Notes under the pieces: generated by a model
The model's database searches: none
What the model saw: only the letters and a program-made list of their open reading frames with translations
What the model was told of the DNA's origin: nothing
Origin: Camelus ferus
Taxonomy: Eukaryota
Direction: 5' to 3'
Assembly (NCBI RefSeq): GCF_009834535.1
Contig: NC_045697.1
Location: 99,264,001 to 99,328,000 of the forward strand
Length of the DNA stretch: 64,000 bases
Shown here: positions 52,701 to 64,000 of the stretch, one piece after another
Layout of the letters: the number at the start of each line of letters is the position of its first letter
Position numbering within the stretch: position 1 is the first letter of the stretch
Translations under genes and position numbers: made by a program

Positions 52701-54037
52701 AAGAAACCACTGTGAGGTTTTGGGGTTGGAAGCGCTGTGAAGGACAAGAATCAAGCCACAGAGTCCAGGCCTGTCTCTGCAGGCCAGCACCATCTCCAGC
52801 CCTGCAGCCGGCATCAAGCTTGGGGAGGTGGGGTGGGAGTGGGGCGGGCACACCAGGACATATGATGCAAACAGCATCCGGTGATGCAAGATCTCCCTGC
52901 ATTACTTTGCGGTGTTTCTCATGCATCCCACTGTGGCTGACCAGTCAAGCACTAGTTAGAACCTGTTTGCACACGAGGGTCCCTAAAGCAGAGACTTTTC
53001 TGCAAAATCTCCAACTGCAACGCATCCTGAGAGGACTGAGGCACAGAACTGTGCCCCCACAATTGACAGCAACTGGCAGTAAAATGATGGCTCCTGAATT
53101 CACCCACGTCAGGTCAGGTCAGTAGAACAGGTGGCGCATTTCCCCATTTCCCCTTTCCTTGCAGGCAGATAAAGTGTTAAAGGAGCTCTGGCTGTGTGGC
53201 ACACTGGTCAGGGCGAGGAGGGCCAATGCTTGTCAATGAGCATTCACTCTCTACTGGTTGCCACTTATTTTCACCACGGATCCCTGAGAGCCCTCCACCC
53301 CTACACTGGGATGACATGACGAAAGACAGTGGGGAAAAAGACTATTTTGATACAGCACTAAGAGATACTCATCATTACATTCTCCTGAATCACAGCCGAA
53401 TGATTTGGAGAGGTTTTACTGCACCCTCAAGCCATGAGGTTGAGACAGCTTCTAATTTCCAGTTCACCAACCAGTGTTGAAACACCACGCAGTCAGACAA
53501 AAAGCTATTCTTCAACTTCACTTTGAAAATACAGAAAACTCTCCCACCTTTGAATACCAAGAATCCAAATTTTCATGATTCATAATTCAGTTAGATGGAG
53601 GCTTTTTCAGGACCTTGTAAGACTGTTGGCAGAGATCCCTAAATGCTCTGACCTTCCTACCACCCCAGCCCAGGACCGATTGACCTAGGAGAGAAGGTAC
53701 AGGAAGCTCCCCATGTTCTGTCATGTCGCCTCTACAGCCTGCCTTCCTAGAATGAGACTTTTATGTAATTTGTGGTTTCTTTTCTGCTGCTCGGAATAAA
53801 AGGAGTTTGGTTCCTAGGCATTCAAATACAAGAAAGTCTACTGTGCCACTTTTTCTGTCTCTTAGAAAAAAGGACAAAAAACCCCCCGAACAAACCTGGC
53901 AACTACATGAGGATGTGTAGGAAGGATTTCTGCAGGTAATTAAGCCTCGTATCGCTGAAGCCTGGAGTGCATCACACACCGACAATCTTGAAACGCACCG
54001 CGAGAACTGCTCAAGTGTGTTCCGCTTTCACACTTAC

Positions 54038-55573
54038 CTGACCGTGGGATGGAAGTGCCGGGTAAGCCATGGGCTGGCTCATCACTCCCTTCTGCTTCAT
54101 GAGAAGCATGCGTTTCTGGTCCTCACTCAGGTGGGCCCTGGGGGCCTGGAGCTGCGGGGGTGGCTGCTGCTGCGGCTGCGGCGGCGGCGGCGGCGGCTGG
54201 ATGTAGGGCATCAGGGGGGTTTTGCTGGGGTTGGCCATCGGTGGTGTCATCCTCTGACTCAAGTCTGCGTTAAAATGGGTCAGAGGCTTAGTGTTGCCAT
54301 AAGTCAGAATATTGTGCTGTTTGTTTAAGGAGTTTGTACCCAAGTTATTTGGCTGCTGATTGAGCATATTCATGTGGTTCTGAGGGAGGTAGTTATTCAT
54401 TGTCGTCTTCTGCAGGTTGTTTGCCATTGGAGGCACTATGGGGTTTTGGTTGTTAAAGGCTTGGGGGTACATCAGCGGGCTATTTGGTTTTTCCGCAGTG
54501 AAAGCTGCCCCGTATGGACTGGAGGGAGGCCCTAAGGGAGACCAACTTGACGTCTGATTTGAGTGCTGCTGCTGCTGCTGCTGCTGCTTCTGCTGCATGA
54601 GTTTGGCCCTTTGCTGTTGCTGCGCCGCCATCTGCTTGAGCTGCTCTGCTGGCGACAGGTCGGAGCCAGGCCCGGCCACGGGGCCCGACCCCGAACCAGC
54701 CCCCGTCACTGCTGCCGCCGGATTAAGGAGATAACCATTTCCTGGCCGAGGGGGAGCTTGGCTTGGAGTATGGGCTTGGTTTGGAGTTTGAGGGGACTGG
54801 ACTGCACAGTTTGCCGGTGAGCTGGCGGGGTTTGGAGCTGCGGGAGTGCTGGCAACAGAAGGTAAACTGGTGGCCGTGGAGACAGTAGAAAAGGGAGGAC
54901 CAGAAGAAGACGGCCTGGCCTGGGGAGACCCCATGGAAACATGTGTGAAAGGAGAGTGACATGGGTCACTCTTCACGCTGGTGCTCTCCTGGGACAGGGG
55001 GGTCTCCGTCGCTGGCTGTGAGAATTCTGGCTCCTTCTTCTCTTCAAAGTCTTCGTTGAACAGGTCCTGTATGTCATCTTCAGGAACCGTGTTGGCCAGT
55101 TCATCTATCAGTTCTTGCCACTCCTGATCATTCAGGTTAATGTCCGAGAACAGCTTGTTCTGATTTGAAAGAGATGTTTCTGATGTGTCTATGCAAGTAG
55201 GGTCATCTAGAGGTTCTTGTTTGAGGTCCTTGCTCTGCAAGATGGTGAAGCTATCCTCCAGGTCACTACAACCATTAACAGGAAGTTTAATCTCTGGGAG
55301 CCTCCCATTCTTACTGAGATCTTCCAGAAGCCCAGGAGTGTGCGTCCCACTATTCTGCAAGGGCAAAGAAGGCTTCAGGTCAAGTTGGTGAAGAGGAGAA
55401 GCTGAAGGCAGTGGCATGTTGGGCAAGCTGTTGATGGTTTCCAGCCCCGTAGGAATGTCCTTTCGTATTCGCTTGCTAGTTGGAGAAAAACTCCCATCGC
55501 AAGCACCATTCTGCTGGTCTCCATTAAGTGGTGATCGGGCTCCTTCCAACTTCCTTTTCACAGTCTCCTGGAG
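54038..55573 (-). CDS. MAML3: Mastermind-like protein 3, internal coding exon (exon 2), 512 codons
   Basis: ORF 54011..55615 translates to LQETVKRKLEGARSPLNGDQQNGACDG...DINLNDQEWQELIDELANTVPEDDIQDLFNEDFEEKKE...QQQQRAKLMQQKQQQ...LPSHGQ, which I recognise as MAML3. Acceptor ttccatttcttttccag|CTC (AG at 55575-55574); donor CAG|gtaagtg (GT at 54037-54036). Length 1536 nt, phase 0/0. Confidence 0.97.
54179..54196 (-). repeat. MAML3: (CCG)6 polyproline tract in exon 2
   Basis: cgg x6 on the + strand, encoding YIQPPPPPPQPQQQPPPQ. Confidence 0.95.
54566..54586 (-). repeat. MAML3: (CAG)7 polyglutamine tract in exon 2
   Basis: ctg x7 on the + strand, encoding KQQQQQQQH. Confidence 0.95.
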
Positions 55574-56159
55574 CTGGAAAAGAAATGGAAAAGAATGACT
55601 AAACTTCCAAGGCATAGTTTACTCTTTAAGCATGGTTGTGTGCATGGCTATGAACTAATTTTTAAGTGGTTTAGAACACATCAGAAAGTTACACTTCAAA
55701 TTTCAAAGTTGGCTGGGCTTCAATTCAAACTCTATAGGAAAAGATTTTATCCAAAAGCAGAACTCGCATGGCTAAGAGATAGAAAGCAACTAAAGATTCG
55801 AGGGTGGAACAAAGGAAAAAAATCAGTTAAGGCAATACTTCTCTTATAGGGGAGAATCATCTATTATTATTTTCCAAATGAATACAACCATGAGATGTGG
55901 ACCAAAATGTGTCATATTTAAGAAAGATGTTAATATCTATCTTAAATTCTTGTCACATCTTAATTGAGAACATCAAGAAATTAAATCAACAATATTCTAA
56001 AGAACACTAAAAATCCTCTAAGAATATAGAATTTAACACATTTACTGAATAGCATAGAAATGAAGATTAATGGTTAATGGAACCTGAAATTTCCTTTTGG
56101 TTCATATTTTACTTGACCTCCCAGCACTTAGTGATACAGTAGCCTGCTCTGTTCTAAAC

Positions 56160-56263
56160 AACTGTATTTATGTTCCTACGTGACTGAAGTATTGTACACC
56201 AGAAATTGACACAACATTGTAAACTGAATGTACTTCCATAAAAATATATTAAAATAAAATAAA
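56160..56263 (+). mobile_element. Very short young L1 3' end with A-rich tail
   Basis: tgtacaccagaaattgacacaacattgtaaactgaatgtacttccataaaa, then (aaaat)n. Confidence 0.7.
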
Positions 56264-56299
56264 AGCACACTTCCACTGGTTTCAATGATAATTGGTTTC

Positions 56300-59200
56300 A
56301 ATGATATCCCACTTTCCTAGATTTCCTTCTTTCTCTCCATCTGCACTCGCTCTCTCTCATGTATTCCTCTTTTGTTCCCCTAAATGATGGGATTCTTCAT
56401 CATTTGGTCTTCAGCATTTTTCCCCTGCCCACTCTACATGCCTGCCTAGATGATTTCATCCATTACAACAGCTTTAACTACCTTCTTGAGGCTGATGCAC
56501 CCACAACAACATGCCCAGCCCAGCCTTCCCTGCTGAGTTCCACTAACTCTGCCATTCTCTTCCCTTGATGTTTCACGGGCATCTAAAACTCAACATGTCT
56601 CAACTTTGAGCTAATTATCTTTTCACCAATTGTCCCTCTCTCAGGATCTGCCTGGTTACCCAAAATGGAAACCTAAGCATTCTTCTTGAAATGTCTCACA
56701 TCACAATCACCACATCATATGGATTCTGCATCCAAAACATTCTCTCATATGCCTGCTTATCTCCAACCTCACTGCTACCATCCTAGTCCAGGGCAATCTT
56801 GTCTCTTGCTAGATTGTTGCAGCAGTCTTCTAAAAGGTCTCTGCCTTGCCTCCACTCATCCATCCATTCACTCTCTATCTATTTTAGTCATTGTTTTGCT
56901 CTCTATCAATCTATTCTCTGTACGGCCACCTCCTTCAAAAATTATATTGCCCTTCCTGAAATTGAAGATGGTCCAAATAAACACAAAGATATCCTATGCT
57001 CTTGGATTAGAAGAATTAATATTGTTAAAATGGCCATACTGCCCAAAGCAATCTATAGATTTAATGCAATCCCCATCAAAATACCCATGACATTTTTCAC
57101 AGAACTAGAACAAATCCTAAAATTCACACGGAACCATAAAAGACCCAAAATTGCTAAAGCAATTTTGAAAAAAAAAGAACAGAGCTGGAGGCATCACTCT
57201 CCCAGAATTTAGACTACACTACAAAGCTACAGTATTCAAAACAGCATGGTACCGACACATAGGATCAGTGGAACAGAATAGAGAGCCCAAGAATAAACCC
57301 ATGCACCCATGGTCAATTTATGACAAAGGAGGTAAGACTACACAAGGGAGAAAAGACAGTCTCTTCAACAAGTGGTGCTGGGAAAACTGGTCAGCTGCAT
57401 GTAAAACATTGACATTAGAGCATTTCCTCACATTATATGCAAAAATAAACTTAAAATGGATTAAAGACCTAAATGTAAGACCTGAAACCATAAATCTCCT
57501 AGAAGAGAATATAGACAGAGCACTCTTTGACATAAATCATAGTAATTTTTGTATGTGTCTCCTAGGCAAAAGAAATAAAAGCAAAAATAAACACATGGGA
57601 CCTAATTAAACTTAAAGGTTTTTGCACAGCAAAATAAACCACTGAAACAATGAAAAGACAACCTACAAAATTAGGAGAAAATATTTGTAAATGATATGAC
57701 TGACAAAGGGTTAGTATCCAAAATATGTAAACAGTGTACACAACTCAGTATCAAAAAAACAAACAACATAATCAAAAAATAAGCAGGAGACCTGAATAGA
57801 AATTTTCCAAAGAAGGCATACAAATGGCTGATGGGCACCTGAAAAGATGCGCAACATCACTAATTATTATAGAAATGCAAATCAAAGCCACAATAAGATA
57901 TCACCTCATACTTGTCAGAATGGCTATTATCAAAAAGTCTATGAATAACAAATGTTGGAGAAGATGTGGAGAAAAGGGAACTCTTGTAGACTCTTGGTGG
58001 AACTGTAAATTGGTGGAGCCACTATGGAAAATAGTATGGAGGTTCCTCAAAGAACTAAAAATAGAACTACCATATGATCCAGCAATTCCACTCCTGGGTA
58101 TATATCCAGAAAAAATGAAAACACTAATTCAAAAAGATACCTCCCCCCAACCAATGTTCACAGCAGTACTATTTATAGTAGCCAAGCTATGGAAGCAACC
58201 CAAATGCCCATTAATAGATGAATGGATTAAGAAGATGTTGTATATGTATATATGTATATACACACACACACACAAAATGAAACATTATTCAGCCATAAAA
58301 ATGAATGAAACCTTGTCATTTGTAGCAATGTTATTGGACCTAAACAATATTATGCTTTGTGAAATAAGTCAGAGAAAGACAAATACTGTATATTATCACT
58401 TATATGTGAAATCTAAAAAAATAATACAAATGAAATATATGCAAAACAGACTCACAGACATAGAAGACAAACTAGTGGTTACTAATGGGGAGAGGGAAGG
58501 AGGGAGGGGCAAATTAGGGGTATGTGATTAAGAGATACAAACTACAATATATAAAATAGATAAGCTATTTTAGCTATTTTATATATATAAATAGATACAG
58601 CCATTATCTTATAATAATTTTTCATGGATTATAATCTGTAAAAATACTGAATCACTATGCTGTATACCTGAAAATAATATACTATAAATCAATTATACTT
58701 CAATAATAGATATGTATTTATCTATATGTTATTACCCTTCCTGTTTATAACCATGCAATGATTTCCACTGTCTTTAGATTAAGATCCAAACTACTTCACC
58801 TGGCTCCTGTTCATCATTCTAGGCTCATTTTCATGCCTCTCTGCTGAGCATCAACTCCCCAGGCCCTGCCAAACATTTTCTATCAACTCTCCTGAAACTC
58901 CTTCAGTTTCTTAAATGTGCTAAGCTTCCTTCTGCCTCTATGCCACTGTAATGTTGTTTTCTTTCCTTGGAACATACTCGTCTCCCTCCCTCTCCCCCTC
59001 CCCTGGTAACAGCTACTCATCCTCCAGGTTGTATCTTAGATTTCACTTCCTCTAGGAAATCTCCTTTCAACTCACATCCTTTCCCCAAACCAACTCCATT
59101 AGGCACCTCCTCTGCCCCACCTACACTGGGTTAGAAATCTTGGAGTAAGTTTTTCCAAGCAACATCAACTTCCCCATCATAGCTTCTGCCATCCTTTGGG

Positions 59201-59340
59201 GCAACTGCTTAAGTGTCTGTTTAGCAAGCTCTAAGGTGGCAGGGGCTATGGCTGACTTGCTTACTGTGTATCCAGGGCTGCATCCAGTGTTCAGGTTCCT
59301 AGCACTGGTTAATAGATGGTGGAAAACTGAATGATTCTAT
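56300..59340 (+). mobile_element. L2 LINE remnant split by an L1 insertion
   Basis: catctaaaactcaacatgtc...cactgctaccatcctagtcca before the L1, and aagatccaaactactt...aacagctactcatcctccagg...tgaatga after it. Confidence 0.7.
56959..58729 (+). mobile_element. 5'-truncated L1 (ORF2 C-terminal part and 3' UTR), frameshifted
   Basis: Peptides [45 protein letters not shown] and [15 protein letters not shown] are L1 ORF2p. TSD tatt(g/a)cccttcctg at 56945-56958 and 58730-58743. Confidence 0.96.
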
Positions 59341-60614
59341 TGTCTAATTCACAGAGGCTGAAGGAGGTGAGTTTGGATCAGAGCAGGAGGCAACTCCACT
59401 GACCACAGGGAATGCCTGACTTTGAGATTCTACATTCCTGGTAATGGGATCTCTAACCCTGGAGAGTGTTGTGCCCACTTAAATGGACTCATCTTAAAAG
59501 TCCAGTTAAGAAAAGTCTTGCTAACACTATGGATCTATTAAGTCCAAACCTAATTCATCTGTCTGCCCCCTTCCTTTCTTTCAGAAAGGGCTAATTCCTA
59601 GGGCCCCAGTTGAAAGAGGTTGACATAGGGGAGGTCCTGATGAACTGCTTGCTGGATGGTGACAAAGGGAAGACGAGGTTGGGTTAGATGGAGGTTTCAG
59701 CAGCTTTACAGAGTTGAAGGCACAGGGTAGAGTGACATGGTGGGAAGGGGAGGCAGAACAGCCCCCTACTCGTGCACTCACCTATTCTTGGCAGATGTGC
59801 TGCGTATCACAGAGCGCGGAAGAGAGGCGCGGGCTCCCTCTGACCCTGCACTTCCGCACTCACACGCAGACCTGCTAAGGCTCCGGAAGAGCCCTACATA
59901 CAGTAAACCCAATCCGGAGATGACGTGGGGGATTTACTGCTATCCTCTCATAAGTCGAGCATTCTATTTCAAAACTAAACAGAAAAGGTCCTTAAGTAAA
60001 GACCCAGTCTAACCCTTGTTCCTAAATCTTATATTTTTAATCACAACACCAAACATTCTGCAGTCACTTGGCAGAAGCCCCTGAATTGCTGAAAACAAGG
60101 CTCTAGCCAGGACACACTGGAATTTGACTTCAAAGAAGATACTGGCTCAATCCATCCTATTAGGTAAAAACTGCTAGAAAATTACCTTATTTATTGAATA
60201 AACCAGGAAACTGTGGTTCTGATCATAGGTACGGCAGATACTTGAATGTAGCTCCAACACACAGTGGCAAGTTCAGATATCACAGCTTCAGGGTCTAAAG
60301 GAAATAAGGTTTGGGGCCCTTGGCACCTCCTGAAGGGATGTTAACCTTAAAAAAGTAAGCACTTGTCTTAAAAATGAACCCGACTTTATTTTATAAAGTA
60401 CAAATCCACAACTCTGTTCCAGGTCGTGAAATGGATGGGGCAGAGATGGAGAAAGACAATGCTCTATTTGTTCTTCTGGAAAACAGTGGTGGCCAAGACC
60501 ATGGAGACAGACAGGTCTGACTGGGAACCCCAAGTCCCACCTCTTACCCACAGAGCAGGCCTCCATGGGTGAGGCAGTACAGAGCAGGAACCCAGACACA
60601 GGCGGACAGCCCTG

Positions 60615-60990
60615 GGGCTAGGAGGCCTGAGTTCAAACCCAGACCCCCCACCTAAGGGTTAATACATATAAATGCTGTCTGATGCTTAATAAATGTTAGC
60701 TACGACACCATCCAGTAGATAGTTATTTACATGAAGGTAGGGATTTTTCTGTTTTTTTCACTACTGGTCCCCTAGTAGCTCACAGTAGACACTCGATAAA
60801 TACATGTTGAATGAATGAATCCTGGAAAATGTATTTAAACTCTCTTAAGCTTTGGTTCCTTATCTGCAAAATGGGTTAACAATATCTAGCTCATACAGTT
60901 ACTGTGAGGATGAACTTAAATGAAATAGCACGGAAAGCACTTAGCTTCAGGCCTGGGATCTAGTAAGCACCAACTAAGCCTTAGCTTACT
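60615..60990 (+). mobile_element. MIR/L2 fragment cluster
   Basis: cctgagttcaaaccc; ataaatacatgttgaatgaatgaat; ttccttatctgcaaaatggg...gtgaggatgaa. Confidence 0.65.
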
Positions 60991-62020
60991 CTATTTTTAA
61001 AATACAGTGACACCAATAGTCACACTGTACCCAAGATAGATGAGTTTCTGGATCTCTAAAATACAAATAGATAAAGTGATCATATTTCTGTTCCCTAGCC
61101 TGCAAAAGCCTAATGTTTTCCAAGCATCTTGCGTGGTTTTTTAAATATGAACAACAAAAATCATATTTGCAATTCAAGTCTGAGTCCAAGTGCTAATGCA
61201 TTCGTGTCCTAGATTGTACAACAGACTGGATTGTTGAGGCTCAAAGCAAATCTACTTCCAGGCTGCGACCTGAATGGAGCTACTGACTGCTTCCTTTTCC
61301 TTGAGGGCTGAGAGTTCTCCACTGCTGGCCCTTTTAACCCCAATCTTGACATATATTTAACATGTCAGCACTGGGAATACAAGAACGACATCACTGAAGG
61401 CACACTGAAGCCCTGTTATAGTTTCTGTTTGTGTCCAAAATAGCAGAGCAATCTTAGCATCCCTCCCGTGTCCCATCCTCCTTTGCTAGATGGCAAGGTG
61501 GTCTGAGAATCTAACTTTCTCCTATGTCCCTCCTGGGAGAGAGGAGGAGGGTGGGCGGGAAAAGGGGAGAAGGTGGAGTAACTCGCCAGCACTCTGCTCA
61601 GTGAGCAGAGAAAGGCTGATTGCACGGGAAATGTCCTTGGGACTCTCCATCCTCCCAAGGACTCCCGTCAGGGTCTCTTCCCAAATGGCCTTATTCTAGG
61701 AAGTCCCTGGCCTTCCTGCCTCACAAAGCTGGAGCCTCTTAGTATGATTTGTGCTTTCGTGGAAGAGTCACAGGAACTCTTGACCGAGCATTAGCTTCCT
61801 TGTTCTGGTATCATTACCATCACATATAAATGTTTTCTCCCATTAAGGGACGCTGTGGGCCCGGAGCTTAAGTCTGCTGCGCATACACTGCCTGTGACAA
61901 TGGGGGCAGCTCTCCTGTGTCAAGGGCTCTGAAGGAAACAATCCCTCCTGCACAGTAGCTCCAGCGTGAGTCTCTCCTCTACCGTATGGCTTGATGGCTT
62001 GTGTTTCTGTGAACTGTTGG

Positions 62021-62075
62021 GTGAGTGTGTGTGTGTGTGAGAGAGAGACAGAGACAGAGACAGAGACAGAGAGAC
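62021..62075. repeat. (GT)n(GA)n(GAGACA)n compound microsatellite
   Basis: Direct read. Confidence 0.9.
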
Positions 62076-62879
62076 TGGCTGAGAGGCAGAAACAACATGT
62101 GAGGCAAGTAGAGACACAATGGTTTGGGAGGGGTGATATGACACCCAGACCAGTAGTAATAAGAAGAGCTGTGCCTTTGGGGTAATAAAGTACTTTCACA
62201 CAGAATCATTATTTTATCCTCTTAGCAAACCTCTGGGGCAGGTCATGTGCTGGTCTGATGGTTCTACAGAGGAAAGGGCAGTATTTTGGAGGAGGTGGAG
62301 TGGGGAGGGGTGGACGACACCCATAGCAAGGAGGAACGTGGCTAAGGTGAGTAGGTCTCTGCCGACACAGAAGGGCCCCATCCCCAATAGAGTCCAAGGG
62401 GTCCCCTGGGCCAGTGTGTCCATAATCAAGATACTCGTTTTTCCTTTAGATTTTTAGCAGTTTTAGTAAAGTTAAAAATAAAAAGCTCTTATTGCCTTCT
62501 CCGTGACTTTGCATAAAATTGGGCAGGATCAGGGAGCTTGGAATGAAGATGATGATCCTACTATTAAAATAATGAAGATTTTAGGATGGAAGATATTGGG
62601 ATAACTATCAAGATTCCTGTCTCTTACTCTTACTGATTCTAAAAGGTGGGTAGGTTTTATTATAACCACCTTACAGAGGAGGAAATTTAGGCATAGTGAG
62701 ATTAAGCCTCAGATAACAGAGCTGGGAGTGGGATGGGGTGGCTCAACCTGGATTCAAATTCAGACTCAGGTCTGACTACATAGCCCACAATTTCCCCTCA
62801 TGCAGACGGTGAAGTCCTGCCTTCATCAATGGCCCTGGGCTCCAATGCTCATCATGGTCATGTTCTTTCAGACTGTTTT

Positions 62880-63560
62880 CAGGAATCATCCTTGATTCCA
62901 CCCTCTCCCCACCACCCATACTCAGTTAAACCTCAAAGGCTATCTGTTCTCATTATGAATGGATTTCATTCTCATCCTTCCAACCCAACCCAGCACCTCA
63001 GTTCAGATAATCAACACTTCTGTCATGATTTCCGCAGCAGCTCCTGACGAGCCTCTCTGCTCCAGTCTTGACTCTTTCTTCTACCTATTCTCTGCACCGT
63101 GGCTGTGGTTTTCTTGATAAAATGTGAACTCCTCCCCCTCTTCCGGAGCTATCCGCTGTCTTCAGCATCACCAAAGTCCCACACCCAAGCCCTGCACAAC
63201 TTGGTCCTCATCCCTGCTTACCTCTCTGGTCTTAGCTCTCACCTCCAAACTTCTTCCCCTCCACTGGCCCTCCAACACCAATCAACTCTAAACCTTCAGC
63301 TACACGTAATTATTTGTAGCTCTCAGGACACACTGTTCTGAGTCTTTGCATGTGTTATACTCTCACCAACTTCTTCACTTGACCAATTCTATGTGTCCAT
63401 CAGGATTCAGTTGAAACAGTATGTTCGATGCAGTCTCTCTTAACAGCCCCTCCCCATACCTCCTAATCTTGGAGACCCCTCTGTGTGCTCCCATGGCATC
63501 CTAACATCCTATCACAACTGTTTCCTTTTCCTTCAGGTGATTGTTCGAATGAATGAATAC
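62880..63560 (+). mobile_element. L2 remnant
   Basis: gcagcagctcctgacgagcctctctgctccagtcttg...ctattctctgcacc...gaatgaatgaat end. Confidence 0.7.
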
Positions 63561-64000
63561 TAAAAAGATTTCTCAAATAACCACACTCGGTTATGTAACA
63601 GATCCCCAAGCAGGCACTTGAGAATGTTGGCCTGTCTAGTGTTTTAATGATAATTGAGTAAATGTACAATTTGTTTTGGCTATTTTAAAATGCTGGAAAT
63701 GGCTGGTAGACTGTCCCCTCCTTAATAGTTTTGAGGACTCTAAGGGTCCAGGAAGCCTATGCTGAGAACAACTCGAGAGAATTATGAAGAGAATCATGGA
63801 GAAGCAGAGTGAAACTGAAACTCAGACTTTATATAACATCACCAAGGTCACATGTTTTGTCAACCATGTGAACCCAACATGTTGGGTATTTTCATAGTTG
63901 AATTTTAAATTTCCTTACAAAGGTTTCAAGGGGTTTTCACCTGCCAAAGCACCCTCTCCAACCAAATGCACTTCCTTCACCAAACATTAGAAACACAATT

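Larger units (their letters stand above)
1..54037 (-). other. MAML3: MAML3 intron 2 (5' part)
   Basis: Follows the GT donor. No further MAML3-like peptide in any ORF; repeat-rich non-coding sequence. MAML3 intron 2 is very long in mammals. Confidence 0.85.
55574..64000 (-). other. MAML3: MAML3 intron 1 (3' part)
   Basis: Upstream of the exon acceptor on the minus strand. No exon-1 (N-terminal Notch-binding helix) sequence or CpG-island promoter is visible in the window. Confidence 0.85.

Noticed and set aside
54011..55615. 534-aa ORF as a stand-alone single-exon gene
   Set aside because: Its ends (MPWKFSHSFPFLFQ and VSVKAEHT) are intron read-through beyond canonical splice sites.
56799..58531. 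137-, 113- and 235-aa ORFs as host genes
   Set aside because: Frameshifted fragments of L1 ORF2p within a TSD-bounded truncated L1.
59581..59781. Small ORF with PASSSSGPP resembling exon-2 RPSSSGPP
   Set aside because: Short low-complexity match, weak DNA similarity and no clear splice sites; likely chance.
1..64000. CRISPR arrays, operons or other prokaryote-type systems; remaining short ORFs in the track
   Set aside because: Mammalian intronic DNA with no regularly spaced repeat-spacer array; the other ORFs are short, overlapping and resemble no protein I recognise.

Overview
Mammalian genomic DNA lying entirely inside the MAML3 (mastermind-like 3) gene, which is on the minus strand. It is very probably camelid, judged from seven copies of a Vic-1-like tRNA-derived SINE. 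The only real coding sequence is MAML3 exon 2 (54038-55573; 1536 nt, 512 codons, phase 0/0, canonical splice sites). Positions 55574-64000 are intron 1 and 1-54037 are intron 2. The introns carry young camelid SINEs with target-site duplications, an intact ERV1-type solo LTR, a 5'-truncated L1 nested in an L2, many old elements (MIR, L2, L3/CR1, MLT1F, MER2, MER5, MER20, MER33, MER94, MER115), microsatellites and several enhancer-like stretches. I find no new multi-gene system. The best leads are: an apparent polyQ-to-polyP (CAG to CCG) conversion in exon 2; a stop-free exon that would give an endless ORF if circularised; a perfect 25-bp inverted repeat at the 5' junction of a SINE lacking a target-site duplication; a PBX-HOX+MEIS motif module; and an intronic hairpin. 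Repeat family names and human-sequence comparisons are from memory and need RepeatMasker or alignment confirmation.
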